Positions 7,388 to 18,757 of a stretch of DNA of 64,000 nt are shown one piece after another. How positions within the stretch are numbered: position 1 is the stretch's first letter; each line of letters opens with the position of its first letter. A model generated the notes under the pieces. That model did not search any database and was not told the DNA's origin. It saw only the letters and a program-made list of their open reading frames with translations. The position numbers and the translations under genes are program-made. Source of the stretch: an uncultured Spirochaetota bacterium (GTDB taxonomy: Bacteria; Spirochaetota; UBA4802; UBA5550); assembly GCA_963827275.1 (NCBI GenBank), contig CAWHAA010000001.1, forward strand, positions 128,001 through 192,000, given 5' to 3'.

Positions 7388-9061
7388 TTACAATTTTTCC
7401 AGGCGGTTTTCAAAATCAGCTTTGTATATCTTCTTGCCCAGCCTGTTCTGGAGCTCGATAATCTCTTTTAAAATATCCGTAGTGGTGAGAGGATTGATGG
7501 TGATGGCCCGCAGCACGACGATGTCCTGCGCGAAATAATTCGGGGCGTCGAACATGGTCCGCGAGACAAACGTGTTGTCATCTTCCCGAAGCTCCTTGTG
7601 AAGTTCAATGTTCAATTCATTCAGGACATTATTTGTATGGCGCAGGCGGCTCATCCATTTATTCCGCGCCTGGTGCTCCTGGCCGTCCGGTCTCGCCGCG
7701 TTGATCTTAAGACGGAGCTTCTCGATCTTCTCCTGGACCTCCTTGGGGACAAAACGGTAGTTGAAGATGAACAGCTCAGGCTGGTTCATGGGCTCGAAAT
7801 TGCAATGCATCTCCACGAGGCTCCGGAGCGAAGCGGTCAACTCGAACGCATGTTCAAACAGGATTCTGAACCCATCGGTCCCCAGTATCTTGAACGTGGC
7901 CCATGGCTTCAGCGCAGCGAACGGCCGTGAGCCTTCCACGCTGAACCGCCCAAGGTCCACCGAATCCTGCCGGATGATGTAATTGGAGAAGTGCTTCAGG
8001 TAATTCAGGTCCTTTTCATTTTTAAACAGGACCATGCCCATGGAGGCGGGTGAAAAGAGCAGCTTATGCGCATCGACCGTGACAGAATCAGCGTCCTGGA
8101 TGCCGTTGAAGAAATAGCGGAGCTGGTCAATAATAAGCACCGAGCCCCCCCAGGCGGCATCAACATGAAAATGCGCGTTGTACTCGTCGGCAATCCTCCG
8201 TATCTCCTGCAGGTTATCGATATTTCCCGTTTCCGTGGTTCCGGCTATTCCCACAATGGCCATGATCTTGATCCTGTCATGGCCCCGTTCGTTGTGTTCG
8301 CGGATCTGCCTGCATATCCTCTCCAGCTCATTGATATCTATCTTGTTGCGCATATCCACCGGGACCTTGATGACATTGTCATTGCCGAGCCCGATGATCC
8401 GCGCCACCTTGTCGATGGAATAATGTCCCCTCTTCGAGACGAGTATCACCGCTTTTCTGTACCCGTAGTGGAGAAAGGCCTCATGCAGGCCGGCCACCCG
8501 TATGCCGGGGAAATTACCGTCCGGACCGAATGCTTTATTCCGCGCAACAAGCAAGGCCGTCAGGTTTGCCATGGTCCCATCGGTTGTTACGTTCCCGAGT
8601 GCGACCTCCCAGTTCTGGATATGTGTTTTATAGAAACCGGCGCCTTTATTATATACGAGGCGGTGCATCCATCCGATGAGCTCCCGCTCGACAAATGACG
8701 ATGCCTTTGCCGATTCAATTTTAACCTGGTTCTGGTTCAATGCCGCGATAATCATCTCGAGAAGAATCATGAAATAGGGTATCGCGCTTGTCATGTGCCC
8801 GATATAATAGGGATTGCCCACCTTCACCGAATGGGCAATTACCTTTTTCTTGATTTCGATCAGGACGTCTTTTAAGAGCTGCGGGCGCTTGGGGATATTG
8901 ACATTCGAAAAAATCTTTTCGAGTTCGGAGAGGGGTATTTCACTATGTATCCCCCCTTTTTCTGTAAAAAAATTATGGATTAAATCAAGAAGCTCCGTCC
9001 CAAATTCTATGAATTTATCCGGCGAATCCGGCATGATAAAAAGCTTCTTAAGCTGGCTCAT
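7388..9061 (-). CDS. panP: Group II PLP-dependent decarboxylase, PanP-like aspartate 1-decarboxylase
   Basis: YIGHMTSAIPYF, LNQNQVKIE, GTTETGNID, HVDAAWGG, VDAHK (PLP Lys), EGSRP; start set at the ATG at 9061. Confidence 0.75.
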   Translation of the reverse strand: MSQLKKLFIMPDSPDKFIEFGTELLDLIHNFFTEKGGIHSEIPLSELEKIFSNVNIPKRPQLLKDVLIEIKKKVIAHSVKVGNPYYIGHMTSAIPYFMILLEMIIAALNQNQVKIESAKASSFVERELIGWMHRLVYNKGAGFYKTHIQNWEVALGNVTTDGTMANLTALLVARNKAFGPDGNFPGIRVAGLHEAFLHYGYRKAVILVSKRGHYSIDKVARIIGLGNDNVIKVPVDMRNKIDINELERICRQIREHNERGHDRIKIMAIVGIAGTTETGNIDNLQEIRRIADEYNAHFHVDAAWGGSVLIIDQLRYFFNGIQDADSVTVDAHKLLFSPASMGMVLFKNEKDLNYLKHFSNYIIRQDSVDLGRFSVEGSRPFAALKPWATFKILGTDGFRILFEHAFELTASLRSLVEMHCNFEPMNQPELFIFNYRFVPKEVQEKIEKLRLKINAARPDGQEHQARNKWMSRLRHTNNVLNELNIELHKELREDDNTFVSRTMFDAPNYFAQDIVVLRAITINPLTTTDILKEIIELQNRLGKKIYKADFENRLEKL

Positions 9062-9441
9062 GTCCGGCTTTACAAGCAGTCTTCGGTGGCTTTTTTTATT
9101 TATAATAGAATACATAAATTGTATTTCAATATATATATAAATTGTCAGAAATTCCTGATAAAAACTACAGAGAAACGTTACTACCACTATTTATTCAAAG
9201 ACCCTTTTTACAAGCATTTTTATTCGTATAGACTGTCGGCGGCCCTATTAATAGTGCACATAAACAAATTTTATGTCATAATACGTATAAGCATACCATC
9301 CGGGGCTTATTCTGGAACTTCAAGGGTAAACACACGATACATCATGCAATACTATCAATAATTTACTCATGTTATTATCAATATCTGTCGATATTGTAGT
9401 AAGAACATAATTTATTCAATGCCACGGATGGTGAAAAAATC

Positions 9442-9744
9442 ATGGAAGATACCAGAATATGGGAATTCCCCAAAAGCATTAACATAGAAGAAGTATCAGA
9501 ATACGTCGAAAGCCTCAAAAATGTCAAGCCAGGCGAAGTGGTTACGCTTGATTTAAGCAGGACGGTATCAATTCATTCCTCATTCATAGGTTTTCTGATC
9601 CATGCCAAGCATTACATGAACAAAAACGGCGGCACGCTTGTTCTTCTTCTCTCCCTGACAGTGGAAAAAATCCTTATCATGCTGAATATTATCGATTATT
9701 TCTCGCCCGAAATCACCTCTACAATGAGAAGGAAGACCGCGTAA
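9442..9744 (+). CDS. STAS-domain (anti-sigma antagonist-like) protein
   Basis: LDLSRTVSIHSSFIGFL resembles the STAS D(x)6DSSG motif. Confidence 0.7.
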   Translation: MEDTRIWEFPKSINIEEVSEYVESLKNVKPGEVVTLDLSRTVSIHSSFIGFLIHAKHYMNKNGGTLVLLLSLTVEKILIMLNIIDYFSPEITSTMRRKTA

Positions 9745-9897
9745 CCTTTACTGCCTTCCGTCCCATATAGAGAGGAATGGCCCGTTAAAATGTCAATTCC
9801 GGACCCTTACCCGATAATTTGTTCCATGTCTGCTGTTAAAAATAAATTGACAGGACAGAGGAATATGAGCGTATAGTAAAATACTTAAATTCTCGGG

Positions 9898-10194
9898 ATG
9901 GGAAACGATATGAAATTCAACGACCAGCAGGTAGAATCTGTTACCGAATTATTAAAATCAATCGCGCACCCCATAAGGATGAAAATCCTCTGTTTCCTGA
10001 TGGAAGGCGAAAAAAACGTGGGCGAAATCGAGCAGCAGTTCGGATCGACAATATCAAACATCTCCCAGCACCTGACCGTCCTCAGGAAGGCAAATATTAT
10101 CGACCGCAGAAAAGAAGCAAATTTCATGTTTTATTCCCTCAAGGACACGAACATCCATAAGCTGATGGAGACCTTAAAAAACAACTTTTGTTAA
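9898..10194 (+). CDS. ArsR/SmtB-family transcriptional regulator
   Basis: LKSIAHPIRMKIL, SNISQHLTVLR; alternative start 9910. Confidence 0.9.
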   Translation: MGNDMKFNDQQVESVTELLKSIAHPIRMKILCFLMEGEKNVGEIEQQFGSTISNISQHLTVLRKANIIDRRKEANFMFYSLKDTNIHKLMETLKNNFC

Positions 10195-11976
10195 ATGTCA
10201 AAATATGTCGTAATAATAACGTTCCTCGTATTATTCCTCAGCAGTGCATCACATTCGAGCCAACGTACATTGAGTATCTCGGGACTCCGGATATATACCG
10301 AGGAAGAATTATTTGATCTCCTCGATCTCGCACGATACGAAGACGGCCGGATGTCGGCAAGGGAAGTCACCGACACACTGACGGCTTTTTACAGCGCCAA
10401 AGGGTATACGCTGGTAAAATTTTATATCATCGAAAAAACGGATACCGTCCTTAAAATTTACATCAATGAGGGCGCCCTGGGAAAAATCATATTTCTCAAC
10501 ATGGATGATTTTACCACACTGTATCTTAAAGTCGCCTTCAGGCTGAAAAATAAAATATTCAATTATAACACGGTCCAATCGAACATTGAAAAACTCAAGA
10601 AAGGAAAACGCTGGAAAAACATCACGTGGCTCCTGAAACCGGTGAAGGACTTCAATACCTCGCTCCTGCAACTGGACCGGGAACTTAACCTGCCGCTCCT
10701 CGGGAAAAGGGTCCTCCCTTTTTTTGACAGATACGGCCCGGAATACGATCTCCTGATCATATTTTCAAAAAACATAGAGCAGTATGCTATAGATGATAAA
10801 ATCATCGACCGCGGGCACCCCGAACCCGGCGGGCAATTAGGCCATAGGGAAAAAAAAGACAGTAAAAAAAGGAAAAAGCGCGTCATCAATAAATTCGATT
10901 ACGGATTGAAAATCAACTATTACAAGGGGTTTATCCCCTACCTTAAATATTACCAGCTCGGCTTTATTTCAGAGGGCGATTTCTTCATGGGTGAAACATC
11001 CGTGGGCATAATGTACGGGCTGGACCAAAAGTTCACCCGGTTGCCGCGCGAGACGTACTTCAGTTTTGACGCAAACTATTTTTTTACACCGGCGTTCAAG
11101 GACATATTTACGCCCCTCATCAGGGTAAATCTCCTGCAGTCGAGATCGGCGAGGCCGGACCTCTGGCTCTCTCGCTATAATTACCTGCTGCTCAACACGA
11201 TGCTGGCGCCGGGCATCACCATTCTCAGCAAGTTCAACATCTTCATCGGGTACGGCGTGGAAACAGCGTTTATCTTCCGCAGCCAGATCAGCAATCTGAT
11301 AGTGTACCGGTATGCGCCCTCCACCCTGCTGTTCGGGGAGAATGCCGCGCAGGACATCCAGGCGGTCAAAGACATCAATAATTTTTATAATGAAGTTAAT
11401 AATCATACTGACGTGTATAATTATCTCCAGGCAGGCGTCGCATACGACTTCAGCAAGAAAAGCATGAAGATATACGAGCTGAGAAAAAACAGGCTGAAAA
11501 AAGAGATCGCCTTCATGTACGATTTTTATTTCCTGAAAAAGATTTTCAACAAGCTGCGGTTGGTCGGCTACTTTGAGCACGAATTCAAGGACCGCAGCAT
11601 TTATTCAGGCATGCTCAGCTACCAGTATACGTTCGGCAAGACCCCGTTCTACCATGAGACCTCGGTCAGCAATATGGCATTCAAAGGCCTCCACCGGACA
11701 TCCTATTTTTCACGCAATGTTCTCTCCCAGTCAAACGAGTATCGCATTTCTATGTACCGGGACTTCATATATATTGGCGCTTTTTTTGACATGACACTGT
11801 ATGAGGCTTCGGGGAGGGACCTGAATGGGGCGCAATTCGGATTTGTCGGCGGGCCCACCTTCCGCATCCTGCTCCTCGACCATTTTGAGCTCTATATGCA
11901 GTACGGATGGGACTATCTTGTATCAACGAAAACCAACGACGGATTTTTTTATTTCAACATCTACAACAAGTGGTGA
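10195..11976 (+). CDS. Putative outer-membrane protein (POTRA-like N-terminus, beta-barrel-like C-terminus)
   Basis: Signal peptide; 'FYSAKGY...LKIYINEG' POTRA-like; aromatic-rich strands; ends in W. Confidence 0.55.
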   Translation: MSKYVVIITFLVLFLSSASHSSQRTLSISGLRIYTEEELFDLLDLARYEDGRMSAREVTDTLTAFYSAKGYTLVKFYIIEKTDTVLKIYINEGALGKIIFLNMDDFTTLYLKVAFRLKNKIFNYNTVQSNIEKLKKGKRWKNITWLLKPVKDFNTSLLQLDRELNLPLLGKRVLPFFDRYGPEYDLLIIFSKNIEQYAIDDKIIDRGHPEPGGQLGHREKKDSKKRKKRVINKFDYGLKINYYKGFIPYLKYYQLGFISEGDFFMGETSVGIMYGLDQKFTRLPRETYFSFDANYFFTPAFKDIFTPLIRVNLLQSRSARPDLWLSRYNYLLLNTMLAPGITILSKFNIFIGYGVETAFIFRSQISNLIVYRYAPSTLLFGENAAQDIQAVKDINNFYNEVNNHTDVYNYLQAGVAYDFSKKSMKIYELRKNRLKKEIAFMYDFYFLKKIFNKLRLVGYFEHEFKDRSIYSGMLSYQYTFGKTPFYHETSVSNMAFKGLHRTSYFSRNVLSQSNEYRISMYRDFIYIGAFFDMTLYEASGRDLNGAQFGFVGGPTFRILLLDHFELYMQYGWDYLVSTKTNDGFFYFNIYNKW

Positions 11977-12003
11977 GCTCCCGGCGCAGCGCGGCGCCCT
12001 GCG

Positions 12004-12822
12004 TCAACCGATCTCCTTTATCCTGTCCAGCTTGAAATATCTCATGCCGCCCCGCAGGAAGCAGTGTGCAAGCACGTAAGCATCACGCCCCATGGTGATG
12101 AATTCACGCGGCTGTATCACCCGCACCGTAACAGAGCCTGACTGGCCGATATAGGTTATGGTTGCCTTCTCCCCAAGGCGCAATCCCTTGAGACCTTTTC
12201 CCTCCCCGGTTATGCGCTTTCCCCTGATCCTGGAGGGGCGGACAAGGTCGCCATGATACCCGATCAGATCGCCGATGGTCCAGCTGCCGCCCGGGTCTTC
12301 CCTCCCGATGATATGCCGGAACACCTCCATGCAGGCGCTCGCGTCGGCAAGCGCCCGGTGATGCGGGAGGTCAAGCCGCAGATGCCCGCACAATGTCTCG
12401 AGCTTGTGGTTGTGAAGGTCCGGCCAGGCGAGCCTGCTCAGGCGAACCGTGTCAACGGCATACATGGGAGGAGGAGGTTGCTTGCTACGGCGGTAGGCCC
12501 ATCCGAGAAATGCCAGGTCGAAGCCCGGATTGTGGATCACCAGGATTGAATCGCCGATCACCCGGGAAATCTCGCCGATCACGTCGCCTATAGGCGGCGC
12601 GTCTCTCACCATGTCGTCGGTAATGCCATGTATGCGTATCACGTCGTCCGGGATATTCATTCCGGGATTGATCATTCTGTGGAAGGTCCCGCCCGGGGCA
12701 TCCATGGTGAAACGGACAATGCCGACTTCCAGGATCATGTGGAGGGCCGGGTGTGTACCCGTCGTTTCAAGGTCAAGCGCGCAGAAGGAGGTATCGGAGA
12801 GCTTTCTCCCGGGTAAGATCAT
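12004..12822 (-). CDS. DEDDh 3'-5' exonuclease (DnaQ-like) with C-terminal WYL-like domain
   Basis: DLETTG, HNPGFD, HRALADA; C-terminus 'ITY...TVRVIQP...YVLAHCFLRGGMRYFKLDRI'. Confidence 0.82.
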   Translation of the reverse strand: MILPGRKLSDTSFCALDLETTGTHPALHMILEVGIVRFTMDAPGGTFHRMINPGMNIPDDVIRIHGITDDMVRDAPPIGDVIGEISRVIGDSILVIHNPGFDLAFLGWAYRRSKQPPPPMYAVDTVRLSRLAWPDLHNHKLETLCGHLRLDLPHHRALADASACMEVFRHIIGREDPGGSWTIGDLIGYHGDLVRPSRIRGKRITGEGKGLKGLRLGEKATITYIGQSGSVTVRVIQPREFITMGRDAYVLAHCFLRGGMRYFKLDRIKEIG

Positions 12823-12827
12823 GGAAA

Positions 12828-13760
12828 TTAAAACGTACCTATCATTTTCACTTCGGGCTCCAGCTCGATCCCGAATTTCCTGAGCACCGTTTCCCGCACT
12901 TTTTCTATGAGGTCCCGTATGTCCCGCGACGTAGCATTGTTCATGTTAATGATAAAATTCGTGTGAAGCTCGGAAACGCATGCGCCGCCGACCATCGCCC
13001 CCTTCAGCCCGGCATCATTGATCAGCTTCCACGAGGAATGCCCTTCCGGGTTCTTGAACACGGAACCGGCCGATGGATAGTCCAGGGGGTGCTTCTTCTT
13101 ACGTTCTGCAATAACGTCCCCGATCGTTTTCAGCTCTCCCGATATATCCTCGGTCTTCCGGAGCGCAAAGCGTGCACCGGTGATAATGTTTCCCGCGCCG
13201 ATATTCATGCTCCGGTACGATGATTTCGCCCTGTCAATCGCCATCCGCCGCCTTTCACCTGACGTGTCGATACAATCGACGTCCCTTACAATTCCCGAGA
13301 ACGTACCCATAAAGGTCCCCGCATTCATCATGATACCGCCGCCGATGCATCCGGGAATACCCGCCATGAAGGCAACGCCGCAAAATCCCGCGCCGGTCGC
13401 AAAGGCGATAAAGTGCTCCTTTGTCGCCATGGCGTCAGCATACAGGGTCCCGTCTTCGAGAACTGACATTTTGGGCGTCCGGCCGCCGCTTTCACTGATG
13501 CAGAGCACTATCCCTTCAATGCCGTAATCGCCCACCAGGAGGTTGGACCCTCCCCCGATAACGGTAAGAGGCACCCGCGCATCGGCGGCAATTTTTACGA
13601 TAGGGGATATGGCGTCATTGTCCGACGGCACCACCAGGGCATCGGCAGGCCCGCCGGTACGGAAGGTCGTATAGTTTTTCAGTGGTTCGTTTTCATTGAC
13701 CCGCCCCCACTCCGACAGGGCCTGTATGACAGAATTAGATATCTTCATTGTTTCACGCAC
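12828..13760 (-). CDS. murB: UDP-N-acetylenolpyruvoylglucosamine reductase
   Basis: TTFRTGGPA, GGGSNLL, GIPGCIGG..MNAG, PSAGSVFKNP, LEPEV. Confidence 0.95.
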   Translation of the reverse strand: MRETMKISNSVIQALSEWGRVNENEPLKNYTTFRTGGPADALVVPSDNDAISPIVKIAADARVPLTVIGGGSNLLVGDYGIEGIVLCISESGGRTPKMSVLEDGTLYADAMATKEHFIAFATGAGFCGVAFMAGIPGCIGGGIMMNAGTFMGTFSGIVRDVDCIDTSGERRRMAIDRAKSSYRSMNIGAGNIITGARFALRKTEDISGELKTIGDVIAERKKKHPLDYPSAGSVFKNPEGHSSWKLINDAGLKGAMVGGACVSELHTNFIINMNNATSRDIRDLIEKVRETVLRKFGIELEPEVKMIGTF

Positions 13761-13950
13761 CGGGAATTAACCGGGATAACGGCCATTGTTTTCATGCAAA
13801 TGTATGATATTCCCGGACTGCAGGCACCATGCGTTCCGTACCCCGGAGACTCCCTGGAAAAAATTTTATTTCATTAATTGGACCATCATACATAATGTCA
13901 ATAATATTACTTATATAAGCTTTTTACACGCCAGGGAGGGCATATCGTCT

Positions 13951-13977
13951 TAAAAATATCTTGAAGTATGCCGATAG
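13951..13977 (+). promoter_or_regulatory. Sigma-28-type promoter
   Basis: TAAA-N15-GCCGATAG ending 26 nt before the ATG at 14003. Confidence 0.65.
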
Positions 13978-14002
13978 TGTTGGTAATATAGCCTAATACA
14001 CC

Positions 14003-14527
14003 ATGAAAAAATCATCAAAAAAACCGATCATTCCTGATATTACGGAATATACCGATGAAGAGGGAAAAAAGTGGATACAGACGTCAACCACCGACCTCTT
14101 CTCAAGCAAGGAGCTCAATGAGATAATCGAATCCATTGAGAAAGAGAACGCGTCAGATGAAATAATCCTCGCGCGGATAGACTTCCAGAGGGTCAACAAG
14201 GAATACTATGAGACCGCCATGCGGCTGCACAAGAAAGTCCGCGGCCAGGGCGAGCTCCTGAAAAAGGTCATCACCGATGCCAATGCCAAAATCGACCGGA
14301 AAAACAAGAAACTCAGGGAGCTTATCGATTACATCAAGAAACTGCACCTCCTCCTCGCGCACCTGTCCGCCAATGAAGAGGACATGAAAGACCTGAAGAT
14401 ATCCCCCGAGATGATCATGCAGACCATGAACCAGGGGATCACCGAACGGGCGGAGCGTGAGCTCGTGTTTGAAAACGTGGAAGAGACCGTCCTGCCGAGG
14501 GACACCACCATAAAAAGGCTCAAATAA
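14003..14527 (+). CDS. Hypothetical coiled-coil protein
   Basis: Clean ORF with heptad-like charged helices; no recognised motif. Confidence 0.7.
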   Translation: MKKSSKKPIIPDITEYTDEEGKKWIQTSTTDLFSSKELNEIIESIEKENASDEIILARIDFQRVNKEYYETAMRLHKKVRGQGELLKKVITDANAKIDRKNKKLRELIDYIKKLHLLLAHLSANEEDMKDLKISPEMIMQTMNQGITERAERELVFENVEETVLPRDTTIKRLK

Positions 14528-14667
14528 CACCTGCCGATCAGCCTTAAAAAATGTTTGACAGTAAATGTCGCCGGCGTGAACAACTATAGTACGCATCCGG
14601 ATGTTGTTCCGCGCCCCTGCGGGCTCATACGCTGGTGCGTCGATCCTTGAACAAGAAGGAAACAGGC

Positions 14668-16109
14668 ATGTCTCTGAGAATACACAATACACTTACCGGT
14701 TTGATGGACGAATTCATTCCCGGCGGCGTCCGGAAAGAAGCGATTGCCGATTATCCTCCGGTGACCATTTATTCCTGCGGCCCCACCGTGTACAGGTACG
14801 CGCATATCGGCAACTTCCGCACCTTCATCTTCAACGATTTTCTGCGGAGGTACCTGAAATTCAGGGGCTACAGGATCAATCACGCGATGAATATCACCGA
14901 CGTGGAGGACAAGATCATCGCGGGCGCGAATGGCGAGGGGATATCGCTCGCAGGAATACACCGAGCGCTACACCGCGATCTTCCTGGAAGATCTCACGTC
15001 CCTTAACATTGAGCCGGTTGAGCACATGCCGCGGGCGACCGAATCTATCGACGCGATGATCGATATCATCGAGCGCCTCACGGACAAGGGGATACGTGTA
15101 CGACAAGGACGGCTCGCTCTATTTCAGCATCGCGAAATTCGAGAAATACGGCAGGCTCTCGCGCCTTGACACGCGCGAGATAAAGACCGGCCTCCGTTAC
15201 GACACCGACGATTACACCAAGGACGACGTGCGCGATTTCGCGCTCTGGAAAGCGCCGAAGGAAGACGAGATATCCTGGGACACGCCCTTCGGCAGGGGAA
15301 GGCCCGGCTGGCACATCGAGTGCTCGGCCATGATCCGGAAGATATTCGGCGACGACCATCGACATCCACACCGGCGGCGTGGACCTGATATTCCCGCACC
15401 ATGAAAACGAGATCGCCCAGAGCGAGGCCGCATACGGGGAGAAATTCGTGCGTCACTGGATTCACGCCGAGCACCTCCTGGTAAACGGGACGAAGATGTC
15501 GAAATCGCTGGGCAATTTCTACACCCTCCGCGACCTTCTTGAAAAGGGCTACTCGCGCGCGCTCGATACGATACCTGCTCATATCGGCCCACTACCGGAA
15601 GCAGTTCAACTTCACGCTCGAAGGCATCGGCCAGGCCGACCAGGCCCTCGAGCGCATCGACAACCTCATTGTCCGCCTCAGGGATGTCCGGGACGAAGGG
15701 GGGCCGGCCTGCCCGGCCATGAGGGAAAAGGCGGAGGCGGCGATGGCTGATTTACCGCGGCGGTCGACGATGACCTGAACATCTCCGGCGGCCTCGGCGT
15801 GTTCTTCGAATTCATCCATGACGATGAACACGACTGATCAACGACGACCGGCTTACCCGTTCCGATGCCGACCTGGTGATGGATACCCTTAGGACGCATT
15901 GACACGGTTCTCGGCGTGATCTTCTTCGCGGCGCCGCGACGACGGAGATCGACGGTTCATGGGTGGAATCCATGATGGCGGAGCGCATTGAGCGCCAAGA
16001 AGGCGAAAAATTTCGCGCGCGCCGACGAGATACGGGCAACTGCTCACGGAAAAAGGGGTGATTCTCGAGGACACCAGAGGAAGGCACGCGGTGGAAGCTG
16101 AAGAGCTGA
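14668..16109 (+). CDS. cysS: Cysteine--tRNA ligase, split by several frameshifts (probable sequencing indels)
   Basis: [46 protein letters not shown] and ILED..GTRW occur in order across different frames. Confidence 0.9.
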
Positions 16110-16835
16110 TTTTCGGACGCAACCCCGTTCTGGAATACCTCCGCGGCGTCGGGTCCCGGGGCCATCCAGGAACTCTGATGTCGCCGAGAACGCCCATGGA
16201 AGGATCATTGATGAAATCATCGGCATGGCGCGCGAAAAAAATACCGTCCCCGCGCTACAGGAACAGGGACTTTTTTGCGGGCATCGGACCTTCGGCCAGG
16301 CACCAGGGCGTCGCGCTGAAGCTGCCTCCGACGCGCACGAGAGCGCGGACCGGCGCCGCCGGCATGCTCGAGGCCGCGGCCGGAACGAAGGGCGTGCTTG
16401 TCCTGCTGGACCAGATCACGGACCCGCAGAACGCGGGATCGATCATCCGCACCGCCGAGGCGCTCGGTTGTGGCGGCATCGTCATCCCCGCGATCCCATG
16501 CGTCGGGCATAACGCCGACCGTGGTGAAGGCATCGGCGGGCGCCACCGCGCACATCGAAATCGCCCAGGTAAGCAACGTTTCCTTCTTCCTGGAGGAGGC
16601 GAAAAAGCACGGGTTCTGGATCATCGGCACGGCCGACCAGGGCGCGACCGGCCTGAGGGAACTGGACGCCGTGAGGCCCTGCGTGGTGGTCATCGGGAGC
16701 GAGGACGCCGGCATGAGACGGCTGACCGCCGAAAAATGCGACTTCGTCGTCCGTATCCCCCTTGCCGGGAGGGTCTCCTCGCTCAACGCATCCGTCGCGG
16801 CGGGCATCGTGCTGTACGAGATCATGAACAAATAA
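16091..16835 (+). CDS. rlmB: 23S rRNA (G2251) 2'-O-methyltransferase, frameshifted
   Basis: [44 protein letters not shown] across frames; GTG start overlaps the cysS end. Confidence 0.85.
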
Positions 16836-16841
16836 CCGCCC

Positions 16842-16869
16842 TCCGCCCGCCCCTGGCGGCGGGTTTTTT
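16842..16869 (+). terminator. Probable intrinsic terminator after rlmB
   Basis: GC-rich stem followed by TTTTTT. Confidence 0.55.
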
Positions 16870-16960
16870 GTTGACACTATGATGTAATCTGAAAAATACT
16901 TGCCAATAATCATCGGCTGAAACTATCTGCACATACAATGACAGCCAACAGACGGAGCCT

Positions 16961-18757
16961 ATGGACCTGAAGCATATCAGAAACTTTTCGATCATCGCCC
17001 ATATCGATCACGGCAAATCCACGCTCGCAGACCGCATCATCGAAAAATGCCGGCTCGTCGATCCGCGCAATCACCGCGATCAGATGCTTGACACGATGGA
17101 CCTGGAACGGGAGCGCGGCATAACCATCAAGTCAAACGCCATCACCCTGAACTATACCTCGCGCGACGGGAATAATTACATTTTCAACCTTATCGACACG
17201 CCGGGCCACGTGGATTTCACCTACGAGGTGTCGCGCGCCCTCGCCGCCTGCGACGGCGTGCTCCTCGTGGTGGACGCATCGCAGGGCGTGGAAGCGCAGA
17301 CCATCGCCAACCTCTACCTTGCCCTTGACAATGACCTGGAGATACTCCCGGTAATCAATAAAATCGACATGTTGAGCGCGGACATCCCCCGCACGAAAGA
17401 GGGCATTGAGAAGAGCCTGGGACTCGATGCGGAAACCGCCGTCCCTGTTTCAGCGCGGGAAGGGACCGGCATCGATGAACTCCTTGAAAAAATCGTTGAG
17501 TTCATCCCGCCCCCCGAAGGCGACCCGGACGAGCCCCTGCGCGCGCTGATCTTCGACTCGTTCTTTGACAACTACCAGGGCGCGATCATAAAAGTCCGCA
17601 TCATTGACGGCACGGTCAGGCGCGGCGACACCATCATGTTCTTTGCCACCGGGAAAAAATACGAAGTCACCGAAGTCGGTATTTTCAGGCTCGCGCTTGA
17701 AAAAACCGACGCGCTCCAACCGGGCGACGTGGGCTACATCATCGCCGGGATCAAGTCTGTCATAGACACAAAAATCGGCGATACCGTCACCCTGGCCGAC
17801 AGGCCGACCGCGGAGCCCCTCAAGGGCTTTCGGGACGCCAAGCCGATGGTTTTTTCCGGCCTGTACCCGATGTACAGCGATGATTACGAAAACCTGAAGG
17901 ACGCGCTCTTCAAGCTGCGCCTTAACGACGCCTCACTCATTTTCGAGCCGGACAACTCGTATGCGCTCGGATTCGGGTTCCGCTGCGGATACCTGGGTCT
18001 CCTCCACATGGAAATCGTGCAGGAGCGGCTGGAACGCGAGTTCGACCTCGCGCTGGTCACCACTGCCCCGAGCGTCGAATACCGGGTCCATATGCTGAAC
18101 GGCAATGTTTCTGTCATTGACAACCCGGTCAAGATGCCCGACCCGGGCCTCATCGACCATATTGAAGAGCCCTATGTCAACGCGACCATTATAACCCCGA
18201 CCGATTATATCGGCAACATCATGGCCCTGGTAACCGACTGCCGCGGCATCCACAAAGACATGCAGTATATAGATGAAAAGCGGGTGCAGCTCCACTATGA
18301 CCTGCCCCTGTCGGAAATAGTCTTTAATTTTTACGACAAGCTCAAATCGATCTCACGCGGGTATGCATCGTTCGATTACGAATTAAAAGATTTCCGCGAG
18401 TCCAGCATGGTGAAGGTGGACATCCTGGTGAACGCGGAGCCGGTTGACGCGCTCTCCTTTGTCGTGCACCGCGATAAAGCGCGGCTTCGCGGCAAGGACA
18501 TCATCAGCAAGCTCAAGGACATCATTCCGCGCCAGCAGTTTAAAATCCCCCTCCAGGCGGCGATCGGCGCGGACATCATCGCCCGGGAAAACATATCGGC
18601 GCTGAGGAAAGACGTTACCGCTAAGTGTTATGGCGGAGACATTACCCGGAAGCGGAAGCTCCTTGAAAAGCAGAAAGAAGGCAAGAAGCGGATGAAGATG
18701 ATCGGATCGGTCGAAATCCCGCAAGAGGCTTTCATGACGATACTTAAGATAGATTGA
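16961..18757 (+). CDS. lepA: Elongation factor 4
   Basis: [56 protein letters not shown]. Confidence 0.98.
   Translation: MDLKHIRNFSIIAHIDHGKSTLADRIIEKCRLVDPRNHRDQMLDTMDLERERGITIKSNAITLNYTSRDGNNYIFNLIDTPGHVDFTYEVSRALAACDGVLLVVDASQGVEAQTIANLYLALDNDLEILPVINKIDMLSADIPRTKEGIEKSLGLDAETAVPVSAREGTGIDELLEKIVEFIPPPEGDPDEPLRALIFDSFFDNYQGAIIKVRIIDGTVRRGDTIMFFATGKKYEVTEVGIFRLALEKTDALQPGDVGYIIAGIKSVIDTKIGDTVTLADRPTAEPLKGFRDAKPMVFSGLYPMYSDDYENLKDALFKLRLNDASLIFEPDNSYALGFGFRCGYLGLLHMEIVQERLEREFDLALVTTAPSVEYRVHMLNGNVSVIDNPVKMPDPGLIDHIEEPYVNATIITPTDYIGNIMALVTDCRGIHKDMQYIDEKRVQLHYDLPLSEIVFNFYDKLKSISRGYASFDYELKDFRESSMVKVDILVNAEPVDALSFVVHRDKARLRGKDIISKLKDIIPRQQFKIPLQAAIGADIIARENISALRKDVTAKCYGGDITRKRKLLEKQKEGKKRMKMIGSVEIPQEAFMTILKID

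Noticed and set aside
14668..16835. Pseudogenes or programmed frameshifting in cysS and rlmB (likewise the atp genes and leuA)
   Set aside because: All motifs are intact, the indels are many and patchy, and there are no consistent slippery sites; sequencing error is the simpler explanation.
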